Assembly (NCBI GenBank): GCA_039591655.1
Contig: JBDHDE010000056.1
Span: 1 to 18,745, forward strand
Source: Gemmatimonadota bacterium
GTDB taxonomy: Bacteria > Gemmatimonadota > Gemmatimonadetes > Gemmatimonadales > GWC2-71-9
DNA: 18,745 nt
Reading direction: 5' to 3'
Shown: in pieces, positions 1 through 9,892 of the stretch
How positions within the stretch are numbered: position 1 is the stretch's first letter
Layout of the letters: the number at the start of each line of letters is the position of its first letter
The notes under the pieces: generated by a model
The model's input: only the letters and a program-made list of their open reading frames with translations
Told to the model about the DNA's origin: nothing
Database searches by the model: none
Made by a program: the position numbers and the translations under genes

Positions 1-127
1 TGTACACTCGCGAAACCCGCAGCCCGCAGTAACGGGCACCACGCAGGCGAGGTACATTCTGCGGAGCCGCGAACCACCTCCAGACACGAGGTGCCGACGA
101 ACAGCGCCAACAACTCGGAGGGCACCA

Positions 128-1081
128 ATGCGCTCGAGTGCCAACACCGTTCACCTGCTCATCGCCGTCGCCCTCGTGACCAATTCGGGCCCACTGCACG
201 CCCAGGGACACCACCCGCAACTGGCCGGCCACGCGTTCGTCTCTTCCACACTCATGCGTGACCCGTTCCTCGATACCCGTCTCAGTAACGTCATTGCGCT
301 CGGTAGCGTCTTCGATTACCAGGTCACCGCGGAGATCGGGGGGGACACGCTGGTTCAGGCCGAAGGCAAGATGACGTGGGTCATGGTGGACTTCGACTAC
401 CTCCAGAACGTCACCGACTGGCTGGCCCTCGGTGCTCAGGTCACCGGTGGCGCCCGGGTCGGCACCAACGCGGCCTCGGCGATCTCCGACGGCGTCTCGG
501 TGATCACGGGTTTTCGCTTGGGAGGCATGGCGAGGCTGGTGCGAACCCGTTCTTTCGCGCTGTCGGCCAACCTGGACCTGGCGCGCAGCAACCTCACGCT
601 GCTGAACATCTCGGACTTCGTCCAGGCGGCCATCGACAGCGCGGAGGCCGGCGGCAGCCTGGACTCACTCTCGATCTCCTCCAAGACCCACTCCCTCCAG
701 GGGCGCGGCGGGTTGCGCGTTGCCTACGTCCCGACTCCACTGGTGGGGATCACCGGTGTAGCCGAGCTCGCGTTGGGTGAGGACCTCATCGGGGTCGAAA
801 AGACCACGGTCGATTTTGACTTGGGCGCCCTGTTGGACCTGAACTTCCGCTCTACGGGAGGGTGGCCCATCGGCCTCACCCTGGGATATCTGTTCAGCAC
901 ATTCTCCGACCGGTCCGAGGTCACGCGGGGCAACACGCAGCGCGCCGTGATCGGGGTGTCGTACGTAGGAAACGAGGACTTTTCGATCGGCGTGGAGCTG
1001 GTGGGCCAGCGGCTTCCGCTTCAGGGTGGGGAGACCGTGAACGCCAGCATCCTCGGAGTGAGGTCGCGGTATTACTTCTGA
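128..1081 (+). CDS. Secreted hypothetical protein, probable outer-membrane beta-barrel
   Basis: GGAGG at 117-121; signal peptide ending LHA-Q; many alternating amphipathic segments; C-terminus ...VRSRYYF fits the terminal-Phe beta-signal. Overlaps the convergent gene by 10 bp. Confidence 0.7.
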   Translation: MRSSANTVHLLIAVALVTNSGPLHAQGHHPQLAGHAFVSSTLMRDPFLDTRLSNVIALGSVFDYQVTAEIGGDTLVQAEGKMTWVMVDFDYLQNVTDWLALGAQVTGGARVGTNAASAISDGVSVITGFRLGGMARLVRTRSFALSANLDLARSNLTLLNISDFVQAAIDSAEAGGSLDSLSISSKTHSLQGRGGLRVAYVPTPLVGITGVAELALGEDLIGVEKTTVDFDLGALLDLNFRSTGGWPIGLTLGYLFSTFSDRSEVTRGNTQRAVIGVSYVGNEDFSIGVELVGQRLPLQGGETVNASILGVRSRYYF

Positions 1082-1971
1082 CCCAGCTTCCCCTTCGACG
1101 TCAGGAACGCCAGCCGTGATCCGACGTCCATGGGCGGGAGGAGCGCCAGGTCCGCATCGATCTCGGCGAGCAGCTTGGGCATCGCCATGCCGCTCACCAC
1201 TTGCTGGCGGTAGTTGACCTTTACCAGGCGCTCGTCCACCACCGAGTTCTCGAAGCACTCGAAGACTGCCCAGAGGTTCTCCCGCATGGTGGATTTCATG
1301 CGTTTGCCCAGCCCGGCGAAATCGACGCGCCCGGTAGAGAACCGGACGCAGTGCCATATACCGGCCGCATAGGCATAGAGATCCATGAAGAGCGCCGGCT
1401 CGGGCTCCATCCCCACATCGCTCACCCGTTTCTTCATGTCCTCCCGGCTTTGCTGGACCACCTGGTCCAGTTTGTCGAGCGCCGGCTGGGCCGCGAGTCC
1501 GGCCAGGCCCGCCCCCTGCGCGATCCCCAAACCCATACGGCCCATCGGCCCATGCCCCGGCAGCTTCTGAGCGAGAAACGATCCCGAGGTCGGTGTCATC
1601 CGCTTGTCCTGCTTGGGGGGCTCCACGATGACGGCCACCACCCGATCGGTCAGGGCGAGCTTCAGACCGCCCGCCTCGGTCTCGACCACCAACTCCGCGT
1701 CATCGAGCTTCACGGCCGTGGCCCAGCTCACGGCCGGCACCGCCGCCAGCACGCTGCCCCGTGCCAGCACCACGCGAAGACCGGCGTTTACCAGCGCCTC
1801 CGCCTTCTGCCGCCCCTCCGCTCCGGCGGGCTCCGCCAGCCAAATCTCAGGCGCGGGAAAGGCGGTCTTGATCCGCGCGTCTGCGGCGGAGCAGCCGAGG
1901 GTCTTCGCCGCGACTTGCGGTTGGACGGCGGTATGCGGCGGGTTGGATACTACGAGGTGGTAGTCGGACAT
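1072..1971 (-). CDS. Hypothetical protein (299 aa)
   Basis: Long ORF with natural composition filling the space; ATG start; TAGCTT -10-like hexamer at 2013-2008. No family confidently recognised. Confidence 0.8.
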   Translation of the reverse strand: MSDYHLVVSNPPHTAVQPQVAAKTLGCSAADARIKTAFPAPEIWLAEPAGAEGRQKAEALVNAGLRVVLARGSVLAAVPAVSWATAVKLDDAELVVETEAGGLKLALTDRVVAVIVEPPKQDKRMTPTSGSFLAQKLPGHGPMGRMGLGIAQGAGLAGLAAQPALDKLDQVVQQSREDMKKRVSDVGMEPEPALFMDLYAYAAGIWHCVRFSTGRVDFAGLGKRMKSTMRENLWAVFECFENSVVDERLVKVNYRQQVVSGMAMPKLLAEIDADLALLPPMDVGSRLAFLTSKGKLGQK

Positions 1972-2171
1972 ACTCGGAGCCCCCAGAGATGGTCGGCGCC
2001 AGAGTCAAAGCTACGCCCTCCAAGGGAAGGGGGGCGTGACACGCCTCACCAGCGCCGGGAAACCGTGCCTTCCGCCCTCTCGCCGCACCCTTGCAACTCT
2101 CCCACCGGGGTGAAGCTTTAGACGGAAGACGCGCACGGTCTGCTCGACCCACGACCTCCCGGAGGTGCGCC

Positions 2172-2924
2172 ATGTCCGGTCGCTTCTTTGTCTTCCTGTT
2201 CGCGCTCAGCCTCACGGTTTCGCTCGTTACCGTCGGATGCGACAGCGGCGGCGGCACCGGTCCGACCATTGTGACGGTGCTGGTCACGCCGGATTCCGCC
2301 GAGGTCCTGGTGGGCGCCACGCAGCAGTACACTGCGCGGGCCCTCAACGCATCGGGCAACCCGATCGGCGGTGTGAGCTTCACCTGGAGCTCGGCGGATG
2401 CGAACGTAGCAACCGTCAACACCACGACCGGGCTCGCTGAGGGCGTATTGGCGGGCGTCACCGATATTCGGGCCACTGCAAGCGGAGTCATCGGCTCCGG
2501 CAGGATCAGCGTCGTTCCCACCGCGAACCCCGACCCGCCGGACGACCAGTTCCTCGACAGCAACGGTGACGGGATCGACGGGGACATAGACAAGGCCATC
2601 TTCGTCGCCACCACAGGCGACGACGCCGATCCCGGCACACGAGCTGCCCCCAAGCGCACCATCGGCGCGGCGATCACCGAGGCGGCCGGCGATGCCCAGA
2701 AGACCGAGGTGTACGTCTCCGCCGGGACCTACATGGAAACGGTGCAGCTCACCGCCGGCGTGAGCGTCTACGGCGGGTACAACGCGGCGGCGGGCTGGGA
2801 GCGCTCCGCCACGAACGTCGCGACGGTGCAGGGCGACACCACCGCGGTGACAGGTGACGGGATCGCACAGCAGACCACCGTGGACCGCCTGACCATCGCA
2901 TCTACCTGGCCAACTCCAGCATGA
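2172..2924 (+). CDS. N-terminal part of a surface lipoprotein: lipobox, Big_2 Ig-like domain, acidic DxNxDG motif, DUF1565-like start of a beta-helix
   Basis: GGAGGT at 2161-2166 before ATG 2172 (the track start at 2091 is too early); hydrophobic signal ending TVG-C; VTPDSAEV...FTWSSADANVATV Big_2 pattern; IFVATTGDDADPGTRAAPKRTIGAAI motif. Confidence 0.8.
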   Translation: MSGRFFVFLFALSLTVSLVTVGCDSGGGTGPTIVTVLVTPDSAEVLVGATQQYTARALNASGNPIGGVSFTWSSADANVATVNTTTGLAEGVLAGVTDIRATASGVIGSGRISVVPTANPDPPDDQFLDSNGDGIDGDIDKAIFVATTGDDADPGTRAAPKRTIGAAITEAAGDAQKTEVYVSAGTYMETVQLTAGVSVYGGYNAAAGWERSATNVATVQGDTTAVTGDGIAQQTTVDRLTIASTWPTPA

Positions 2925-3898
2925 TCACGCTGCGCAACCTGACGGTCACCGCCGGGAACGGTGCGGCGGGGACGGCTGGGAGCGCGGGCCCGGCGGGCAC
3001 CAGCGGCGGGAACGGTGTTCCCGGCGTGGGAACCAGTGGCGGCGCCGGCGGGAGCGGCGGCGCAGCAGCCCTACTGGGGGGGAGCGGGGGGGATGGCGGC
3101 ATCCCCCCCCCGGGGTCGAGTGGAGCCCCCGGAGGGCTGGGTGGAGGCGCGAGCCCCGGCGCCGGAGGCGCAGGCGGCGCCGGCGTTGTGGCGCCCTGCC
3201 CCGGCGGGATCGCCTTCGACGGAGCGCCTGGCGGTAACGGCGGGGCCGGATCAGCCGGTACACCTGGGAGCGGCGGCAACGGCACCGGCCTCGTCGTCAG
3301 CGGCTTCTGGCAGGGGAGCGCCGGGGCCGGCGGAACGGACGGGACCGACGGCAGCGGGGGCGGGGGCGGCGGCGGCGGCGGACTCGGCCCCTACGATCCT
3401 CCGATATTCTGTCCCGACCCGCCCGACGGAGGCGGTGGCGGTGGTGGCGGCGGCGGCGGCGAGGCCGGCCGCGCCGGCGGAGGGGGCGGCGGCGGCGGCG
3501 GCTCGTTCGCGCTGTTCGCGCACAACTCCAGCGTCACCGTCGAACTCAGCACACTGACCGCCGGTGACGGTGGGGCCGGGGGAGCCGGCGCCGACGGTGG
3601 AGTGGGCGGAACAGGCGGACCGGGCGGCGCCGGCGCCTCGGGTCTGTTCCAGCCAACCTCGGGCCAGGGCGGTAACGGCGGCACCGGGGGCACAGGGAGT
3701 GTCGGAGGGAACGGCGGTCCCGGCGGCGGCGCGGGGGGCGGCGTGTCGTATGCCGCCTACGCATCGGGCACCTCGACGGTGACGCTGGATGCGCAGAGCA
3801 ACACCAACCTCACCGCTGGCACCGGCGGCTCCGGAGGTGCGGCGGCGAGCGGCGGGAACGCCGGGCAGCAGGGCCAGAGCGGCCAGAAGAACTTCTAG
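2921..3898 (+). CDS. Gly-rich (PGRS-like) C-terminal part of the same surface protein
   Basis: Long GGxGGxG runs separated by three similar beta-strand units; no signal peptide of its own; frame is open and repeat-like upstream of the ATG (IYLANSS from 2900). Confidence 0.75.
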   Translation: MITLRNLTVTAGNGAAGTAGSAGPAGTSGGNGVPGVGTSGGAGGSGGAAALLGGSGGDGGIPPPGSSGAPGGLGGGASPGAGGAGGAGVVAPCPGGIAFDGAPGGNGGAGSAGTPGSGGNGTGLVVSGFWQGSAGAGGTDGTDGSGGGGGGGGGLGPYDPPIFCPDPPDGGGGGGGGGGGEAGRAGGGGGGGGGSFALFAHNSSVTVELSTLTAGDGGAGGAGADGGVGGTGGPGGAGASGLFQPTSGQGGNGGTGGTGSVGGNGGPGGGAGGGVSYAAYASGTSTVTLDAQSNTNLTAGTGGSGGAAASGGNAGQQGQSGQKNF

Positions 3899-3913
3899 CG
3901 GTCGGCCGACGTG

Positions 3914-3939
3914 CACCCGCCGGCTTACGTCGGCGGGTG
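3914..3939. terminator. GC-rich hairpin after the Gly-rich gene, possible terminator
   Basis: CACCCGCCG (3914-3922) / CGGCGGGTG (3931-3939) perfect 9-bp stem between convergent genes; U-tail weak. Confidence 0.45.
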
Positions 3940-3961
3940 GCCGCTTCACAGATCCAGGCTA

Positions 3962-3987
3962 ATGGGGCGCCGGGCCGGGCGCCCCAT
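3962..3987. terminator. Second hairpin between convergent genes, possible terminator
   Basis: ATGGGGCGCC (3962-3971) / GGCGCCCCAT (3978-3987) perfect 10-bp stem, 6-nt loop; no clear U-tract. Confidence 0.45.
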
Positions 3988-4005
3988 CGCGTTTGGGCGG
4001 CGCTG

Positions 4006-5151
4006 CTACGGCCGCCAGCGCGGTGACCGGACCTCGAGGTCGATCACCGTCGTGCGACCCGAGCCGTCGCGCCTCATAGTGGTCAGCACCGCCGGCGCGT
4101 TGGGCTCCAGCAACGAGACCGTAGCCAGCCACGCGCCGTCCGGCGACCAGACCGGGCACCCGTCGGCGATTCCGTCACCGGTGAGATTGACGTCGCCGCC
4201 GCGCACCATGTCGACCACGTGGATCTCCCCATAGTCGGCGGTGGCGTAACTGAGGTAGGCGATCATGGACCCGTCCGGGGACCACGCCGGGCAGTCCTCT
4301 TCGGCGGAGCCGCCCGAGATGTTCGCGCGCCCGGTCCCGGCGGCATCGGCGACCAGCACGTCCCGACCACCGTCGAACGGAGCCTTCAAGAAGGCGATGC
4401 GTGAGCCGTCGGGAGACCACTCGAGCTCCGTATACTGGGCGTTCTCGTTGGTGAGCTTCACGAGCCCGCTGCCGTCCGAACGCATCACGTAAACGCCGCC
4501 CTCGCCGCCCCGCCGGCTGACGAACGCAATGCGGGAGCCGTCCGGCGACCACCGCGGCCAGAAGTCGGGTGACACATTCCTTGTGAGGTTCACGGCTTCG
4601 CCACCCGCCGCCGGCACGACGTGGATCTCGGAGTTGAGGTTCGCGAACACCCGCACGAACGCGAGAAGCGTGCCGTCCGGTGACCAACGCGGTGCGTACT
4701 CGTCAGCCGAATGGCTCGTGAAGCTCACGATGCCGCCGCTCACCGCGTCCATCACGTAGATGTCCCCGTCGGGCCAGTACCCCTCCTCGAAGGCGATCCG
4801 TGACCCTCCGGGGGACCACACCGGGTTGGTGCCGGCCTCGACGTCGGCCGTGAGGTCGAGCATCCTGCCTGCGGTGTGGACGACGAGGATCGCCGAGTCA
4901 CCTATCGTGACCGCAAGTCCCGAACCTCCGGGGGACCAGGTGAGCTCGTCATACCCGGCGGGGGCGTTCGTCAGATTCGTGAGGCCGGTGCCGTCGGCAT
5001 TGACCAGATAGACGTCGGTCGCGCCCTGGCTGGTACCGATGAACGCCATCTGGCGCTGGCTGAGCGCCGGCCCGACCAGCTCCTCCTCCCCGCATTGCAC
5101 CGTGACCAGACACAGCGCCACCGCGAACAGGACCTTCGAGATCCGGGCCAC
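4006..5151 (-). CDS. TolB-like PD40-repeat beta-propeller lipoprotein
   Basis: Seven WSP(D/G)G repeats plus terminal PRWRP; probable GTG start at 5151 gives signal ARISKVLFAVALCLVTVQ-C. Exact start is uncertain. Confidence 0.88.
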   Translation of the reverse strand: MARISKVLFAVALCLVTVQCGEEELVGPALSQRQMAFIGTSQGATDVYLVNADGTGLTNLTNAPAGYDELTWSPGGSGLAVTIGDSAILVVHTAGRMLDLTADVEAGTNPVWSPGGSRIAFEEGYWPDGDIYVMDAVSGGIVSFTSHSADEYAPRWSPDGTLLAFVRVFANLNSEIHVVPAAGGEAVNLTRNVSPDFWPRWSPDGSRIAFVSRRGGEGGVYVMRSDGSGLVKLTNENAQYTELEWSPDGSRIAFLKAPFDGGRDVLVADAAGTGRANISGGSAEEDCPAWSPDGSMIAYLSYATADYGEIHVVDMVRGGDVNLTGDGIADGCPVWSPDGAWLATVSLLEPNAPAVLTTMRRDGSGRTTVIDLEVRSPRWRP

Positions 5152-5303
5152 GGCTTCGCAAACCACCGCAGGGTGGGGACGGCAATCCATCTGCTGCAAA
5201 CCTCGGTTCCAGCTACGCCTACAGTAGGTGGCCACGGGGGCAACGGCCAGATACGGGCGACGGGGCGTCGTCCACCGCCGGATACCCGTTCGCGGGACCG
5301 TCC

Positions 5304-5312
5304 TGCTAGATT
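5304..5312 (+). promoter_or_regulatory. Extended -10 candidate for the M16 peptidase operon
   Basis: TGC-TAGATT matches TGn-TAnnnT about 110 nt upstream of ATG 5423. Confidence 0.35.
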
Positions 5313-5422
5313 ACCCGCACCGAATACGTGCAGTACGCGGGACGCCCGCCCCGAGTTCCCACCTCCCCTTTAGCGGCCGTCCAAGTCCCGCGCCCAAGAG
5401 ATCACTATGAAGGAGCTCATCA

Positions 5423-6750
<1,328 letters not shown>

Positions 6751-6754
<4 letters not shown>

Positions 6755-8265
6755 CGAAGAAACTGGCGATAATACCGGCAATGGCACTCATCGTAGGAGC
6801 CTGCGAGCCGACCGTGGAAGGAGCAACGACGCTGCGCGAGCCCGACTCGCCGTTCATCGCATTCAACGTCTGGGTGAAGGTGGGGTCCCAGCGCGACCCG
6901 GCGGGCAAGGAGGGCCTCGCTGCGCTCACCGCCAACCTGTTGGCCGACGGCTCCACCACCGAGGACAGCTACGACGCGATCCTGGCCAAGCTGTATCCGA
7001 TGGCTGCCGGGTACGGCCACCAGGTGGACAAGGAGATGACCGTCTTCCGGGGCCGTGTCCACAGGGACAACCTGGAGGAGTACTACACGCTGTTTAGGAA
7101 CGCCCTCCTCTCCCCGGCATTCTCCGAGGAGGACTTCGAGCGGGTGAAGACGCGGACGCTCAACTTCCTCGAGCGCACGCGGCGCTACGGCCGGGATGAG
7201 GAGCTATCGAAGGAACTGCTCTTCTGGATGGCCTACCAGGACACCCCGTACCAGCACCCCGAGGAAGGCTACGTCGAGTCCGTCCGGTCGATCACCCTGG
7301 ATGACGTGAAGGCGTTCTACGCCCAGTACTACCTCAGCAACAACGTCGAGGTCGGGCTCGCCGGCGGCTACCCCAGGGGGTTCGTGCAGCGGGTGCGGCA
7401 GGATCTCGACGCGCTCCCCCAGGGCGAGGTGGTCGAGGCCCCGGCTCCCGAGCCGCAGGCGCCCAACGGCATCAAGATCCTGATCGTGGAGAAAGAGACC
7501 GACGCCACGGCCATTTCATTCGGGTTCCCCACAAGCCTAGTACGCGGACACGAGGACTTCTGGCCCATGGTCGCCATGAACTCCTGGTTCGGCGAGCACC
7601 GCGAGTCGTTCAGCCACATCTACCAGGTGATCCGCGAGACACGCGGCATGAACTACGGCGACTACAGCTACATCGAGGCCTACCCCCGGGGCTACACCAC
7701 CCAGGTCCCGCCCACCAACGTGGCGCGCCGCAGCCAGCTTTTCGAGATCTGGATTCGTCCGATCTCCGAAACGGCGCCCGGGAATCTGCATGACCGTACT
7801 CTGTTCGCGACGCGCGCGGCATGGCGGGAGCTCAAGCGCCTGGTGGACGAAGGGATGACGGAGGAGACCCTGGGCGAGACCCAGCAGTTCCTCGAGAACT
7901 ACGTGCTCAACTGGGGTCAGACGGTCAGTCGCCGGCTGGGATATGCGTTGGACGACCGGTTCTACGGCATGGAGCCGGGTTACCTAGCCGCCATTCGCCC
8001 GGCCATAAGGGATCTCACATTGGAGCAGGTGAACGCGGCAATCCGGCGTCACCTGCAGTACGACAACATGTGGGTGGTGTTCATCACCGAGGACGCCGAG
8101 GGGCTCAAGCGCAAGCTCGTGAGCGGCGTGCCAACGTTCATCACCTACGCTGGAGCCAAGCCGGCCGAGCTCCTGGCGGAAGACGAGCTCATCGCGAGCT
8201 TCCCCCTCCGCGTGGCAGCGGACGACATCACGATCACGGGGATCGACGAGGTGTTCGAACGGTAG
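6751..8265 (+). CDS. M16 family non-catalytic partner subunit, lipoprotein
   Basis: ATGA overlap with upstream gene; GSQRDPAGKEGLAALTANLL lacks HxxEH; IRETRGMNYG Arg/Tyr substrate motif; lipobox VGA-C. Confidence 0.93.
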
Positions 8266-8277
8266 GGTCGGTACTGC

Positions 8278-8305
8278 AGGCGGCGCCCCGTAGGAGGCGC
8301 CGCCT
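8278..8305. terminator. Hairpin between convergent genes, probable bidirectional terminator
   Basis: AGGCGGCGCC (8278-8287) / GGCGCCGCCT (8296-8305) perfect 10-bp stem filling the 45-bp gap. Confidence 0.6.
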
Positions 8306-8310
8306 TGCCG

Positions 8311-8514
8311 CTACTTCGCTTCCGCCGGCTGCGTGAGCCGCTTGAAGATCCAGATCGCTGCCAGCACCAGCAGGACGACGAAAATGATCTTCAGCAGGAA
8401 CAGGACGAAACCGACCGCCGTGCCCAACAGCGGGAGGAGCACGGCTTCCAGCAGCTTCCACAAGACGTAGCCAGCGACACCGGTGGCGGCCACGCCCAGA
8501 ACCGGTCTCAGCAT
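8311..8514 (-). CDS. Small hydrophobic membrane protein (67 aa)
   Basis: GAGGA RBS 7 nt before ATG 8514; MLRPVLGVAATGVAGYVLWKLL...IIFVVLLVLAAIWIFKRL, about 2 TM helices. Confidence 0.8.
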   Translation of the reverse strand: MLRPVLGVAATGVAGYVLWKLLEAVLLPLLGTAVGFVLFLLKIIFVVLLVLAAIWIFKRLTQPAEAK

Positions 8515-8655
8515 GGTGCTTTCCTCGACAGCAAGTGTCCAACACGCTCTACGGAGCCGGGCATCAGGAGGTTTCGGCTGCCGTCTTTGGGCTCCGGCCA
8601 TAGGGATGCAACATGAAACCGTCCGCGCGCCGGTCCGGCGTCTGTCGGCTCGCGC

Positions 8656-9183
8656 CTAGCTGTCCCCTTCCTCGGGATCGTAAGAGAATTTCTGCCCGCC
8701 CACGGAGGCCTCGTACATCAACCCGCCCTTTGCGATCGTGACGATGGCAACGCCGCCGCTGTAGGCGATGTCGCCGGAGGCGCCGGCGGTGAGGGCCACG
8801 GCCGAGGCCTGGGCGCTGAGCTCGAAGTTGCCGCGCTTGAAGTCGTCCAGCGCCGTTTGGTCCTTGAAGAAGACCACCTCGCGGTAGGCCTGGCCGCCCA
8901 GCTGGAAGCCCACTGTCACCTGGGTCAGCTTGGTGCGGCCGACCAACTCACCCTGCTCGTAGACGTAGCCACTGCCGTGCGCCCCGCCGATCCCGATGGC
9001 CCCTTTGCCGACCGTTGGGAAGATCGCGTAGCCGTAGGCGTTCTCGAACCACCATTGAATACTGGGATCGACCTGCACGAAGTCGGCGATCGCCTCCGTG
9101 ACGTCCTCTTGGGCGTGGGCCGCGGCAGACATGCCCACCCCAGCCACTGCGACCAGACTCACGAGCATAATGAAGCGGCGCAT
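8656..9183 (-). CDS. Exported Ysc84/SYLF lipid-binding domain protein
   Basis: GGGGAG RBS before ATG 9183; signal ending AHA-Q; YAIFPTVGKGAIGIGGAHGSG, GFQLGGQ and GGLMYEASVGGQKF motifs. Confidence 0.9.
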   Translation of the reverse strand: MRRFIMLVSLVAVAGVGMSAAAHAQEDVTEAIADFVQVDPSIQWWFENAYGYAIFPTVGKGAIGIGGAHGSGYVYEQGELVGRTKLTQVTVGFQLGGQAYREVVFFKDQTALDDFKRGNFELSAQASAVALTAGASGDIAYSGGVAIVTIAKGGLMYEASVGGQKFSYDPEEGDS

Positions 9184-9289
9184 CTGGGTGCTCTCCCCGT
9201 TTGGCATTCGCCGTGAATCTAACGGGTCCGCGCCCGGGTCGAAGCGCCCCTGGCTGTCCGGCTGTGGTCGTGAAGGGTGGAGGGGCCGC

Positions 9290-9667
9290 TTACCCGGTCT
9301 CCCACCAGGCCACTTCGGCGGTGTGGCCGCAAACGGGGCACCGGGCAAACGTGGGCATGCCGAACAGCCGCACCCGATGGCCCGATATGGGGCAGACGGC
9401 GTAGGTCCGGCCCATGTCGGCCCGGGTGCCGTGGGCCGGGTTGTTCTGCCTCCGGCCGCGACGGACGATGGTGAACAGCTTGGGACGGTCCGTCCGGATC
9501 TCCAGCAAGCGTCGGGGGACCACGGCCTGTCCGCGCTCCACGCCGAGCACCACGTGTTCGGGATCGCCGTCGAACACAACGGGATACCAGGCGCCCTGCC
9601 GCAGCATCGGACTGCTCCGCGGCCGCGCTATCGCCCATGCACGAGCCCAACCCAGGGGTTCTGGCAT
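9290..9667 (-). CDS. Hypothetical protein with C-terminal Zn-ribbon-like motif (125 aa)
   Basis: GGAGGG RBS before ATG 9667; LRQGAWYPV core; YAVCPISGH...CPVCGH. Confidence 0.8.
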   Translation of the reverse strand: MPEPLGWARAWAIARPRSSPMLRQGAWYPVVFDGDPEHVVLGVERGQAVVPRRLLEIRTDRPKLFTIVRRGRRQNNPAHGTRADMGRTYAVCPISGHRVRLFGMPTFARCPVCGHTAEVAWWETG

Positions 9668-9853
9668 CGAGTGTTCCCTCCGCAGGGGGGTACGGGGGTC
9701 GCCAGCCGGCTGCTGGGAAGCCGCGTACAACCTGGCATTCCAACCCGTTCCCCTCCGTGACATGGATTACAGAGTGAGCCCAGGGCGACGCTGGAGACGA
9801 CCCCCCGGGGCCCGCTGAGGACGCACACGCCCGTAACCCCGGGGAGTCCACGC

Positions 9854-9883
9854 TTGCCCGCCGCGAGCGCCGTCCCCTATCCT
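9854..9883 (+). promoter_or_regulatory. Sigma70-like promoter giving a near-leaderless transcript
   Basis: TTGCCC (9854-9859)-18 nt-TATCCT (9878-9883), 9 nt before ATG 9893; no SD. Confidence 0.45.
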
Positions 9884-9892
9884 AGCTCTCCG

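Larger units (their letters stand above)
2172..3898 (+). pseudogene. Single ancestral lipoprotein gene interrupted by a frame change near 2898-2902 (real lesion or assembly error)
   Basis: First frame reads VDRLTIAS then degenerates (TWPTPA*). The -1 frame reads IYLANSSMITLRNLTVTAGNG, matching the internal repeat FALFAHNSSVTVELSTLTAGDG. Confidence 0.6.

Noticed and set aside
2921..3898. Mycobacterial PE-PGRS gene or GGC microsatellite
   Set aside because: No PE domain; the GGC runs are simply Gly codons.
4006..5235. tolB symbol and the long start at 5235
   Set aside because: No TolB N-domain or tol-pal context; the extension would bury the signal peptide.
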